A stretch of 31,302 nucleotides of DNA from a virus (taxonomy: Duplodnaviria > Caudoviricetes). Location of the stretch: IMG/VR virus record IMGVR_UViG_3300022862_000260, positions 1-31,302 of that record. One strand, given 5' to 3'. Position numbers and translations under genes: made by a program. A model generated the notes under the pieces. That model was not told the DNA's origin, ran no database searches, and saw only the letters and a list, made by a program, of their open reading frames with translations. The stretch's first letter is position 1, and each line of letters begins with the position of its first letter. Shown here piece by piece: positions 1 through 8,330 of the stretch.

Positions 1-132
1 TTCTTTGGATCCGTGGTCCGCGAAGGTTGTCTTGTTGCCGTTCGGGGCGGTGACTTTGAAGTGGCTTCCTTTGCCTGCTTCGAAGGTCACCCCTTGGGCC
101 TTCAACCATCGTCTGAACTCGCTGAACTTCAT
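1..132 (-). CDS. hicA: HicA-family type II toxin (mRNA interferase), 3' end outside window
   Basis: Manual translation from ATG at 132: MKFSEFRRWLKAQGVTFEAGKGSHFKVTAPNGNKTTFADHGSKE, with the HicA GSH motif and downstream His; RBS GAGGTG just upstream; absent from ORF track because truncated. Confidence 0.9.
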   Translation of the reverse strand, partial: MKFSEFRRWLKAQGVTFEAGKGSHFKVTAPNGNKTTFADHGSKE

Positions 133-160
133 CACCTCGCCTCGTTGTTTGGATGAGTTC

Positions 161-202
161 AGTATACAACAGTTTTGTGGTGATACAACATATTTGTTGT
201 AT
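161..202 (-). promoter_or_regulatory. hicA promoter with two overlapping palindromic operators (probable HicB sites)
   Basis: Minus strand TTGTAT-16nt-TATACT; perfect palindrome ATACAACA-tatt-TGTTGTAT at 183-202 and degenerate copy ATACAACA-gttt-TGTGGTGA at 164-183. Confidence 0.7.
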
Positions 203-260
203 TTGCTCCGAGCCTATTCAAGGCCTCTGCATTCGCAGGGGCTTACCGATACCCCGGAAT

Positions 261-293
261 GCAAAAAGCCCCGATAGATTCGGGGCTTTTTGC
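261..293. terminator. Bidirectional intrinsic terminator
   Basis: GCAAAAAGCCCCGA-tagat-TCGGGGCTTTTTGC perfect inverted repeat with A/T tails on both sides. Confidence 0.85.
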
Positions 294-299
294 TTCGGT

Positions 300-420
300 A
301 CGGAGAAAAGAGAGGGCGACTCCAGAGGGTGCTGGAACACCCAAGGGAGACGCCAGATCGCAGAACCAGCCTGCAAGCCAGCCAAGGCCCTCACTGCTCG
401 CGCGAGCGGGGCGGAGCCTA
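300..420 (-). ncRNA. Putative small antisense RNA / structured com leader
   Basis: Hairpin 315-354 (GGCGACTCC..GGGTG-ctggaa-CACCC..GGAGACGCC) followed on minus strand by CTCTCTTTTCT; palindrome GCTCGCGCGAGC near 396-407; minus-strand extended -10 TGcTAGGCT near 415-423. Confidence 0.4.
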
Positions 421-444
421 GCAGAAAACGATAAGGCTTTGCAG

Positions 445-627
445 ATGCTTAAAGATTGCAGATGTGGAAAGTGCAACAGACTACTGGCCCGCGTGGGCGA
501 GTACACCCAGATCCAGATCAAATGTTCCCGGTGCGGGACGTTGAATCATGTGAAGGCCACGAGCCTCGAGCGATCGCCTTTGAGCGACATGAAAGCGGAA
601 TCCTCCGCTAAAAATCATTCGACTTAA
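445..627 (+). CDS. com: Com-family (Mu Com-like) zinc-finger translational regulator, 60 aa
   Basis: MLKDCRCGKCNRLLARV...IQIKCSRCGTLNHV: RCxxCxxLL...IKCxRCxxxN Com signature; start moved to ATG 445 inside ORF 259..627. Confidence 0.85.
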   Translation: MLKDCRCGKCNRLLARVGEYTQIQIKCSRCGTLNHVKATSLERSPLSDMKAESSAKNHST

Positions 628-638
628 TAGGTGAAAAA

Positions 639-944
639 ATGGAACCAGTAAAATATGGCGCAAGCAACGCATACTCGGTTGCGGGCAACTTTTACCAGCT
701 CATCAATCCGGCAACTAACACCAAGGGGGTAGTGATCAGCACGGTGGCCATCATTGCAGGAAAGCTTTTCACTGGCCCAGTGAAACCCCAGTTCAACGGC
801 GAAAACTCTTATCCGTTGGTGATGCAGGCGGGTTCGAGCACTGTGATTAACTCGTTCCCTATCCTGCTTCCTCCTGGATACGGTTTGTGGCACGCGGGCG
901 GCAACAGTGGTGAGGTCTGGGTGAGCTGGGATGTGCTGTCGTAA
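639..944 (+). CDS. Hypothetical beta-rich cargo protein, 101 aa
   Basis: Clean ORF with RBS AGGTG, 11 nt after com stop; no signal peptide or recognised motif. Confidence 0.75.
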   Translation: MEPVKYGASNAYSVAGNFYQLINPATNTKGVVISTVAIIAGKLFTGPVKPQFNGENSYPLVMQAGSSTVINSFPILLPPGYGLWHAGGNSGEVWVSWDVLS

Positions 945-984
945 CTGATAGCGGAGAGGCTTTAAGCAGTCTCACTCGTAAAAC

Positions 985-1050
985 CGTGTGCCCTTGGTCC
1001 ATGGGCGCACGTTTAGGAATTTCTATGCCTCAGCACTAGCTGGGGCTTTC
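985..1050 (+). terminator. Two tandem stem-loops, probable terminators after the cargo gene
   Basis: CGTGTGCCC..GGGCGCACG-TTT (985-1014) and GCCTCAGC-acta-GCTGGGGC-TTTC (1027-1050). Confidence 0.55.
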
Positions 1051-1182
1051 ATTTTCGGCTCCCCACACCTATTGCCCCCAGCTGGGAGTGCTGCTGGAGC
1101 TGACCTATTCGCCGCTGCTCCCCAGCGTTTGGCCGCTCACACCGGCCCTTTTCTTCAATCATGCACAGTCGGAGTCGAAGGC

Positions 1183-1512
1183 ATGGAGTTTCTACAGCGC
1201 CTGTTCGACAAGCTCGACTGGGCATTTGCCGGACTGCTCGGCGCAATCGCCGCCAGCTTCTGGCACCGCGATGACTTGGTAGACCGAAAGGCCTGGGCCA
1301 TCTTCATTTTCTCAGGTGCGGTCTGCGCCCATTACCTGACAGGCCTGATTAGCTCATATTTCGGAGTGGTTGAGCCGCGCAGTGTGGCGGGTGTCGGGTT
1401 CCTCCTGGGCACCTTCGGCGGATCGCTCATTGCAGCAATCACCCGGGCCATCAAAGCCGCTGACCTCTGGGCGTTCATCCGCCAGCGGTTCGGGGGAGGC
1501 AATCCACCATGA
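1183..1512 (+). CDS. Putative holin, 109 aa, about 3 TM segments
   Basis: MEFLQRLFDKLDWAFAGLLGAIAASFW...; hydrophobic segments, charged C-terminus, GGAG RBS, position before packaging genes; start at ATG 1183 in ORF 988..1512. Confidence 0.75.
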   Translation: MEFLQRLFDKLDWAFAGLLGAIAASFWHRDDLVDRKAWAIFIFSGAVCAHYLTGLISSYFGVVEPRSVAGVGFLLGTFGGSLIAAITRAIKAADLWAFIRQRFGGGNPP

Positions 1513-1829
1513 ATCTTGAACTGATCAACTCCATCGCCTGCGGCCTGATCGCCTTGTGGGCCTTCTGGTGCGTGGTGAGTGGAAAGGTGAGGGACGGCAT
1601 CCTTGGGAAGCTTATCTACGCCACCGTCGCCATTAGCGCCTACGTGGTCACCACCGGGCACAACAGCTTTCTATTCGGACCCACGATTGCCGGGCTGACG
1701 CTGCACGTCGCCCTGGCCCTGGCCGGCATCCGCCATCTGTTCATGGTCACCTACTGGCAGCGGGTCAAAGCCTGGATCTGCCGGCACCTGAACTGTGAGC
1801 GCTGCATGGGTTGTGAGAAGAAACGGTAG
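1509..1829 (+). CDS. Holin-associated membrane protein, 106 aa
   Basis: ATGA overlap with holin; about 3 hydrophobic segments; Cys-rich basic tail. Confidence 0.7.
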   Translation: MNLELINSIACGLIALWAFWCVVSGKVRDGILGKLIYATVAISAYVVTTGHNSFLFGPTIAGLTLHVALALAGIRHLFMVTYWQRVKAWICRHLNCERCMGCEKKR

Positions 1830-1906
1830 GGCGCGACACGCTTCGCTAGCATACAAATCGTGTCCCAGCATCATGCATACTCATCCTTCATCAAAAGGAG
1901 GTTGGT

Positions 1907-2398
1907 ATGAGCTTCAGACTAATACAGGCGAATCAGTACAGTTTGATCATGAGCGCGGCATTCCACGCAGGGCAGGTAAAGTCTTTCGCGGCCAAGCTGA
2001 GCAAAGGCGTCAACGAGATGCTCAATAGCGATGACGCTACCGATGCATGGGGGACGTCTTGTGCGATCGGCGCCGATGGCATCACGCTTAGTATTAGCAC
2101 TCCATTCGGACAAGCTCGCGCAATAGTGGTTATCCAGCTCATTGATGGACACATCAGTGCTCGATACGTTTTTGAAAAGGTCGTCTCATTGGATTCCGGC
2201 GAGCCAGCTTTCCGCCAGGTGTGGGCGGTGCGTATAACCGGAGATGGAAAGGTTACGAGTGACGATGGCGCTGAGGTGATTTATCGAGTCCATTCCATTT
2301 CAGGACAAGAGCGCGGTAACGGCGTTATTACTGTGGCGCTGTCCGCAGTTTATGCAATCGCTACAGACCAAGGCTATTACGTCGCTGATGAAAAATAA
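1907..2398 (+). CDS. Hypothetical moron protein, 163 aa
   Basis: Strong RBS AAGGAG; AT-richer codon usage than flanking structural genes. Confidence 0.7.
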   Translation: MSFRLIQANQYSLIMSAAFHAGQVKSFAAKLSKGVNEMLNSDDATDAWGTSCAIGADGITLSISTPFGQARAIVVIQLIDGHISARYVFEKVVSLDSGEPAFRQVWAVRITGDGKVTSDDGAEVIYRVHSISGQERGNGVITVALSAVYAIATDQGYYVADEK

Positions 2399-2409
2399 GC
2401 TAGGGGGCC

Positions 2410-2451
2410 AGTACGACGAAGCAACCCGACTGGGAGGCAATCGAACGCGCC
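2410..2451 (+). pseudogene. Relic 5' end of an alternative terminase small subunit gene
   Basis: Reads (S)TTKQPDWEAIERA with AGT where ATG would be and a G-rich RBS-like run upstream; resembles PDWEAIE N-termini of phage TerS proteins as I recall them. Confidence 0.5.
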
Positions 2452-2476
2452 TTTCCAGTCGGATGGCCGTTACAGC

Positions 2477-2764
2477 CTAGGGACTGATTCGTTTAAAGAT
2501 GCACGGCCCAACAGGCTGACCGTAGGCTGCACATTCGGTATGAATTTCGGCAAACCCCTGTGCGAAGCTTCCGATGCACAGCCCCAAAAGCGCCGCAATG
2601 ACGACATAGGCCCATACACGGTCTGTTGGCATTGGCTGGCGCTTCATCCACGAATCTACACAGCGGGCTCCGTAGAATAAAAAGTACAGGGCGATTAACG
2701 CAGCTACGCCGATTGCCGAGTAAAAGCCCAGCGAAAAGATACTGAGCGGTTTAAGAAACTCCAT
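2477..2764 (-). CDS. Small two-TM membrane protein (moron), 95 aa
   Basis: RBS AAGGAG on minus strand, two hydrophobic helices, C-terminal Cys pair; antisense to late operon. Confidence 0.7.
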   Translation of the reverse strand: MEFLKPLSIFSLGFYSAIGVAALIALYFLFYGARCVDSWMKRQPMPTDRVWAYVVIAALLGLCIGSFAQGFAEIHTECAAYGQPVGPCIFKRISP

Positions 2765-2879
2765 TGCACATCTCCTTTTTTAAAGTGCGGATCGATTGAA
2801 GCACTCTGGCATCACGCCCGCCACTCAACTGCGTGTAGTTTCTAGCGCTCGTGTGGCTTGATCACCGGACGCACTCCAA

Positions 2880-3503
2880 ATGCACAGACCAATGCCTCCT
2901 GCGTCACTGCTAGTACTGTCCGAGCTAACCGACATGGGCATCCGCTTGGCGCCCGCCCCCGAAGTGTGGGAATGGCTCCAAGCCGAGATTCTCGCCGACA
3001 CCGGCAGCATCCACAACGAAGACCACGCTCACCTGATCGACGCTGACGTGCGGGTCATGTGGGCATCGTCCGCATTCGAGAAGCAGGGCCGCACAGTGCT
3101 GGGCCAGGCCGAGCAGGTAGCGTTCCGCGCCGGTGGTTGGCAGAAGGCTCGGATGGAGCAACAGATGCGTGACTGGTTCGGCGACGTGCCGGCTTTCATC
3201 ATCACGTTGGCCGCTGACTACTGCGCCCAGTGCAGCGACCTTGAGTTCTGCGCGTTGATTGAGCACGAGCTTTATCACCTGGCTCATGCGACCGACAAGT
3301 ACGGTCAGCCAGCTTTCACCCAAGACGGCGCACCGAAGATCAAGCTCCAAGGCCATGACGTCGAAGAGTTCATTGGTGTGGTGCGTCGGTACGGGGCGAG
3401 CCCTGACGTTCAAGCGTTGGTGGATGCTGCAAACAGTCCTGCTGAGGTGGGGAAATTGAACATTGCGAGGGCCTGCGGAACCTGTCTGCTCAGATTGGCC
3501 TGA
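2880..3503 (+). CDS. Phage putative metallopeptidase
   Basis: HExxH motif (EHELYH) plus downstream HDVEEF; usual position upstream of terminase. Confidence 0.85.
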   Translation: MHRPMPPASLLVLSELTDMGIRLAPAPEVWEWLQAEILADTGSIHNEDHAHLIDADVRVMWASSAFEKQGRTVLGQAEQVAFRAGGWQKARMEQQMRDWFGDVPAFIITLAADYCAQCSDLEFCALIEHELYHLAHATDKYGQPAFTQDGAPKIKLQGHDVEEFIGVVRRYGASPDVQALVDAANSPAEVGKLNIARACGTCLLRLA

Positions 3504-3534
3504 CCCCTGACAGACCCAAGACGGAATTTACCCT

Positions 3535-4011
3535 ATGGCAGCCCTGAACAATGAGGTGAAAGGCTTCATCGTTCAGGCCTTGGCATGCTTCGACACTCCC
3601 TCTCAAGTCGCAGCCGCTGTCCGGGAAGAGTTCGGGCTAGATGTGACTCGCCAGCAATGCGAGGCTCAAGACCCGACAAAGCGAGCGGGGCGTGACCTGG
3701 CGAAGAAGTGGGTGACCCTGTTCCACGACACCCGAAAGCGCTTTCGCGAAGAGACGGCCGAGATCCCGATCGCCAACCGTGCGTACCGACTGCGCGCCAT
3801 GAACCGGTTCGTCGAGCGGGCAGAGTCGATGAAGAACATCGGCCTCGCGATGCAGATCCTGGAGCAGGCCGCGAAAGAAGTCGGCGATGTCTATGTCAAC
3901 CGACAGAAGAAGGCTGACGCCGAAGACGAACCCGCGGTACCAACAGCCGTGACGGTTCAAGTGATCAATGCGAGGAAACCGGATGCCGAGCCTGAATGTT
4001 CCGCAGGCTGA
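3535..4011 (+). CDS. terS: Terminase small subunit (DUF2280-like)
   Basis: MAALNNEVKGFIVQALACFDTPSQVAAAV HTH-like N-terminus; overlaps terL start. Confidence 0.85.
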   Translation: MAALNNEVKGFIVQALACFDTPSQVAAAVREEFGLDVTRQQCEAQDPTKRAGRDLAKKWVTLFHDTRKRFREETAEIPIANRAYRLRAMNRFVERAESMKNIGLAMQILEQAAKEVGDVYVNRQKKADAEDEPAVPTAVTVQVINARKPDAEPECSAG

Positions 4012-5284
4012 CTTCCTCCTGCTCCCGCACAAGTTCCGTGGGTTCGTGGCCGGGTTTGGCTCTGGCAAGACCTGGGTGGGCTGCGCGGCGCTGTGTAAGC
4101 ATGTATGGGAATGGCCCGGGATCAACTCGGGCTACTTCGCTCCGACCTACCCACAGATCCGCGACATTTTCTTCCCCACGATTGAAGAGGTCGCCTACGA
4201 CTGGGGCCTGAAAGTCAGGACGAAGGAGAGCGACAAAGAGGTCGATTTCTACAGCGGCCGGCAATACCGCAGCACGACAATCTGCCGCTCTATGGAGAAG
4301 CCGCAGACCATCGTCGGCTTCAAGATCGGCCATGCGCTGGTGGACGAACTGGATGTGCTGCCGTCGCTCAAGGCCCAGCATGCTTGGCGCAAAATCATTG
4401 CCCGGATGCGCTACAAAATGCCGGGGCTCAAGAACGGCGTAGACGTGACAACTACCCCCGAGGGGTTCAAGTTCGTCTATCAGCAGTTCGTGAAGCAGAT
4501 CCGGGAAAAGCCGGCACTCAAGGACATGTACGGCCTGGTCCAGGCCAGCACGTTCGACAATGAACTGAACCTGCCGGATGACTACATCCCGTCGCTGATG
4601 GAGTCGTACCCGCAGCAGCTGATCCGCGCATACCTGAACGGGCAGTTCGTCAACCTGACGTCCGGCTCGATCTACCACGCCTATGATCGCAGGTTGAATC
4701 AGTGCTTCGACACTGTGCAGCCTGGTGAACCCCTGTTCATCGGCATGGACTTCAACGTCGGGAAGATGGCGGCAATTACCCACGTCAAGCGTGATCAGGG
4801 CATGCCCAGGGCTGTGGATGAGTTGGTGGATGGCTACGACACGCCGGACATGATCAAGCGCATCAAGGAGCGGTACTGGCGGCACAACGGCGATGACTTT
4901 GAAAAGACCTGCGAGATCCGGATCTACCCGGACGCTTCCGGCGACTCTCGCAAATCTGTCAATGCCAGCGTGACCGACATCGCCATGCTCAAGCAGGCAG
5001 GCTTCACAGTCATCGCGCCGGCGGCGAACCCTCCGGTAAAGGATCGGATCAACGCTATGAATGCCATGTTCTGCAATGCGCAGGGCGAGCGGCGGTACCT
5101 CGTCAATCCGTTCACCTGTCCGACTTACGCCGATTGTCTTGAGCAGCAAATATGGGCTCCGAATGGCGAGCCAGACAAGAGCCAGGGTAACGACCACCCC
5201 AATGACGGCGGTGGTTACTTCATTCACCGCGAGTACCCGATCATCAAACCGGTCACCGCCATCAAAATGGGATACGCCCGATGA
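3983..5284 (+). CDS. terL: Terminase large subunit
   Basis: Walker A AGFGSGKT, Walker B LVDELD, TTTPEG coupling motif, nuclease IGMDFN; start ATG 3983 after GAGGA. Confidence 0.95.
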   Translation: MPSLNVPQADFLLLPHKFRGFVAGFGSGKTWVGCAALCKHVWEWPGINSGYFAPTYPQIRDIFFPTIEEVAYDWGLKVRTKESDKEVDFYSGRQYRSTTICRSMEKPQTIVGFKIGHALVDELDVLPSLKAQHAWRKIIARMRYKMPGLKNGVDVTTTPEGFKFVYQQFVKQIREKPALKDMYGLVQASTFDNELNLPDDYIPSLMESYPQQLIRAYLNGQFVNLTSGSIYHAYDRRLNQCFDTVQPGEPLFIGMDFNVGKMAAITHVKRDQGMPRAVDELVDGYDTPDMIKRIKERYWRHNGDDFEKTCEIRIYPDASGDSRKSVNASVTDIAMLKQAGFTVIAPAANPPVKDRINAMNAMFCNAQGERRYLVNPFTCPTYADCLEQQIWAPNGEPDKSQGNDHPNDGGGYFIHREYPIIKPVTAIKMGYAR

Positions 5285-6699
5285 GTAACGACGTCTCCTT
5301 CAAGCGGGCGGACTACTTGGAAGCGCTTGACCGCTGGGCGACCGTACGGGACGTATGCGCAGGCCAGCATCGGGTCGTCGACCGACTGCCTTACATCAAC
5401 GCCCACGACAAGTCGCCAGAGAACCAGGACCGCAACAAGGCATATCGTGAACGGGCAGTGTTCAAGAACGCTACCGGGCACACCCGGAATGGACTGCTTG
5501 GCCTGGCCTTCCACAAAGATCCGACGCTTACCGTGCCGAAGAAGCTGGAGTACTTGCAGGACAACGCCAACGGATCCGGCGTGAGCATCTACCAGCACTC
5601 CCAGGGGACACTGGAAAAGGTGCTTGAGGCCGGGCGGCACGGCTTGTACGTGGATTTCCACCAAGATGACGGCGCCGGCGGGCATTCAGTGATCCTGTCG
5701 TACTGCGCCGAGGACATCATCAATTGGCGCACCGGCATGGTGAATGGGCATAGCGTGCTCACCTTGGTGGTACTGCGAGAGGCGCCGGAGGAGGTGGATG
5801 GCTTCGGCTTCAAGGTGATTGAGCAGTATCGCGAGTTGGCGCTTGAGCCTGAGGGCTTTGCTTGCCGGGTCTGGCGTCGGTCTGGTCCGAAAGGCGGCGG
5901 TCCGCTGACTGTTGTCGCTGAGTTCAAGCCTGTAGGCGTCACGGGGCGCTTGAAAGAGATTCCATTCACTTTCGTCGGTGCCCAGAACAACGACCCGAGC
6001 ATCGATGAGTCGCCGCTGTACGACATCGCCATGATCAACTTGGGCCATTACCGGAACAGTGCTGACTACGAAGACAGTGTGTTCTGGTGTGGTCAGGCGC
6101 AGCCATGGATCAGCGGCCTGGACGAGCAGTGGCGCGACTGGATGGAGAAGAATGGCGTTTACGTCGGCTCCCGTGCCCCGATGATGCTACCGGCCGGCGG
6201 TCAATTTGGTTACGCGCAGCCGCTGCCGAACACATTGGTCAAGGAGGCCATGGCCGACAAGAACCAGATGATGATTGAGCTCGGGGCACGCATGGTCGTG
6301 GCTTCGCTCGCCGCCAAGACCGCTACTGAATCCCGCGGCGATCAGTCTGCATCTACCTCGGTGCTCGCCGGCTGTGCTGCCAACGTCAGCGAGGCCTATA
6401 CCCGGGCGATCATGTGGTGCAGTGCCTACATGGGCATCGCGGACAGCAAAGTCTCCTACCAGGTCAATCAGGAGTTCGTTGAGCTGACGGCGGATCCGCA
6501 AATGATCACGGCGCTTGTCGGTCTCTGGCAGAACGGTGGCTTCGCTAAAGCTGACCTGCGGGCATATCTGCGTAAGCTGGGCTTGATCGCGCCTGAACGC
6601 ACAGACGAGCAGATCGACGGAGAGTTATCGGAACAGAGCGATGGCCTGGGCCTGGATGATGAGGGCGACGTAAATGGCGGAAAACCAAGCAGTCCTTGA
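5281..6699 (+). CDS. Portal protein (DUF4055-like)
   Basis: 472 aa directly after terL with ATGA overlap; YRNSADYE motif. Confidence 0.9.
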   Translation: MSNDVSFKRADYLEALDRWATVRDVCAGQHRVVDRLPYINAHDKSPENQDRNKAYRERAVFKNATGHTRNGLLGLAFHKDPTLTVPKKLEYLQDNANGSGVSIYQHSQGTLEKVLEAGRHGLYVDFHQDDGAGGHSVILSYCAEDIINWRTGMVNGHSVLTLVVLREAPEEVDGFGFKVIEQYRELALEPEGFACRVWRRSGPKGGGPLTVVAEFKPVGVTGRLKEIPFTFVGAQNNDPSIDESPLYDIAMINLGHYRNSADYEDSVFWCGQAQPWISGLDEQWRDWMEKNGVYVGSRAPMMLPAGGQFGYAQPLPNTLVKEAMADKNQMMIELGARMVVASLAAKTATESRGDQSASTSVLAGCAANVSEAYTRAIMWCSAYMGIADSKVSYQVNQEFVELTADPQMITALVGLWQNGGFAKADLRAYLRKLGLIAPERTDEQIDGELSEQSDGLGLDDEGDVNGGKPSSP

Positions 6700-7759
6700 C
6701 GCTACGATCCGGCACGCGGTCTTCCTGGAAAAGCTGAAGGCCGGGGAGGTGGGCAAGTTTGCTCCCTTCCTGAAGGAGATCGACCGCTCCATCCGCGACC
6801 GTCTAACCCAGTCGGATCTGACTGAGTACAACGCGAAGCGCCTGGAGGCGTTGCTGACGGAAGTCGACAGTTTGCTGTTGGGTATCTTCGACCGCTACAG
6901 CGCGCTGCTGAACCTTGATCTGATCGACATCGCCAACTACGAGGCTGAGTTTGAGGCATCGAGTCTGGCCCGGTCTGCGCCGGTTGGCGTGTCTCTGGAT
7001 GTGGTCGCGCCGACTGCTGCGGCAATCCGCACGGCGGTACTGACAAACCCGCTCAGTGTGCGCGGCACCGGTGGCGGCAAGCTGCTGAAGTCCTTTATCA
7101 AGGGTTGGACCACTGCGGAGCGCGATCGCGTCACCGGCACTATTCGGCAAGGCTTCTTTGAGGGGCAGACGAACTTCCAGATCATCCGCAACATCCGAGG
7201 CACCAAGTCTGCGGGCTACCAGGACGGTATCCTCGCCACCACCAACCGCAATGCCAGCACGGTCGTTCACACTGCGATTCAGCATGTGTCGTCCCAGGCG
7301 CGGATGGAGGTAGCCAAGACAAACACAGACATCGTGTCTGAGGTAGAAATGGTCGCGACCCTGGACAGCAAGACCAGTCAGCAATGCCGGTCGATGGACA
7401 AACGACGGTTTTCGGTCAATTCCGGGCCACGGCCGCCGTTTCACCCGAACTGCCGCACCACCTTTGTCCTGCTGACCAAACTCAGCGAGATGTTCGCCAA
7501 GGGCGCTACTCGGGCTTCGGTCGGAGCTGATGGCGCGGGGCAGGTAAGCGCGAGTCTCGATTATTATCACTGGCTTCTGCAACAGCCGGCGTCGTTCCAA
7601 GACATGGCAATCGGTCCAGTGCGGGCGAAGCTGTTCCGCGAGGGCGGGCTGAGCGTAGAGCGGTTCGCGGAGCTGCAGCTTGACCGCAACTTCGCTCCGC
7701 TCACTTTGGTGCAGATGAAGAGTTTAGAGCCACTGGCATTTGAAAGGGCAACCCTATAA
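6674..7759 (+). CDS. MuF / SPP1 gp7-like head morphogenesis (minor capsid) protein
   Basis: ATLDSKTSQQC...PPFHPNCR motif; follows portal. Confidence 0.9.
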   Translation: MAENQAVLDATIRHAVFLEKLKAGEVGKFAPFLKEIDRSIRDRLTQSDLTEYNAKRLEALLTEVDSLLLGIFDRYSALLNLDLIDIANYEAEFEASSLARSAPVGVSLDVVAPTAAAIRTAVLTNPLSVRGTGGGKLLKSFIKGWTTAERDRVTGTIRQGFFEGQTNFQIIRNIRGTKSAGYQDGILATTNRNASTVVHTAIQHVSSQARMEVAKTNTDIVSEVEMVATLDSKTSQQCRSMDKRRFSVNSGPRPPFHPNCRTTFVLLTKLSEMFAKGATRASVGADGAGQVSASLDYYHWLLQQPASFQDMAIGPVRAKLFREGGLSVERFAELQLDRNFAPLTLVQMKSLEPLAFERATL

Positions 7760-7798
7760 ATTCCATGCTTCAAAAAGGAATTAAAAGGTTATAGCGAA

Positions 7799-8227
7799 AT
7801 GTCGAAATACAAGCAGCTTACTGATGCCTATGCATTGAACACTAAGGCTCTGATTGCATATCGAGCTGATGCCCGCGACGCATTGAGGGGGATTAAAGAC
7901 GCTCTTCGTAAACATCTGGGCTTGATTGTCGTCGAGACCGACATCGTCCGCATAGTCTCAGAGACTGATGAAAGTGTTTTTCCGTTGCTTGCAAAGCTTA
8001 ATCACGGAGACTCAGTGAGTTTTGATGTGGCTGTAAGTGTTGGTGGAGACGCAGGTCTTCCCAAAACGGACGTGTTTGTTTCGGCGTCGCTTAGCGGGAA
8101 ATCTGGTGAGCTTGTGTTGACGGTTCCAGGCATAAACGTGGTCCGTAAACTAAAAGGTGAAGAGGACTATCAGGAAGTGGCAAAGCTGATGTTCGATGCA
8201 ATGCTGAAAACTCTTGAGGATTTTTAA
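7799..8227 (+). CDS. Hypothetical moron protein, 142 aa
   Basis: AT-rich leader and codon usage; own terminator downstream; interrupts MuF-scaffold order. Confidence 0.75.
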   Translation: MSKYKQLTDAYALNTKALIAYRADARDALRGIKDALRKHLGLIVVETDIVRIVSETDESVFPLLAKLNHGDSVSFDVAVSVGGDAGLPKTDVFVSASLSGKSGELVLTVPGINVVRKLKGEEDYQEVAKLMFDAMLKTLEDF

Positions 8228-8260
8228 TCGGCTTACCACTCGCTGCAAAAAGCAACTCAC

Positions 8261-8287
8261 AAACCTCGGCAATGCCGGGGTTTTTTT
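8261..8287 (+). terminator. Intrinsic terminator
   Basis: AAACCTCGGC-aat-GCCGGGG-TTTTTTT. Confidence 0.8.
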
Positions 8288-8330
8288 ATGCCTGCAAAGT
8301 GGGCAACACATACCCAAGGGGTGCATCAAC

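Noticed and set aside
5-521. ORFs 5..277, 153..434, 243..521 and the long N-terminal extensions of 259..627 and 988..1512
   Set aside because: They cross hicA, terminators and structured leaders; internal ATGs at 445 and 1183 give recognisable proteins
3965-5227. 420-aa minus-strand ORF and similar long antisense ORFs (6803-7600, 8150-8908, 14005-14778, 18355-19101)
   Set aside because: Shadow frames of well-supported high-GC plus-strand genes, with no RBS or motifs
6674-7759. MuF polymorphic toxin
   Set aside because: No recognisable toxin domain after the PPFHPNCR motif; length fits a short MuF
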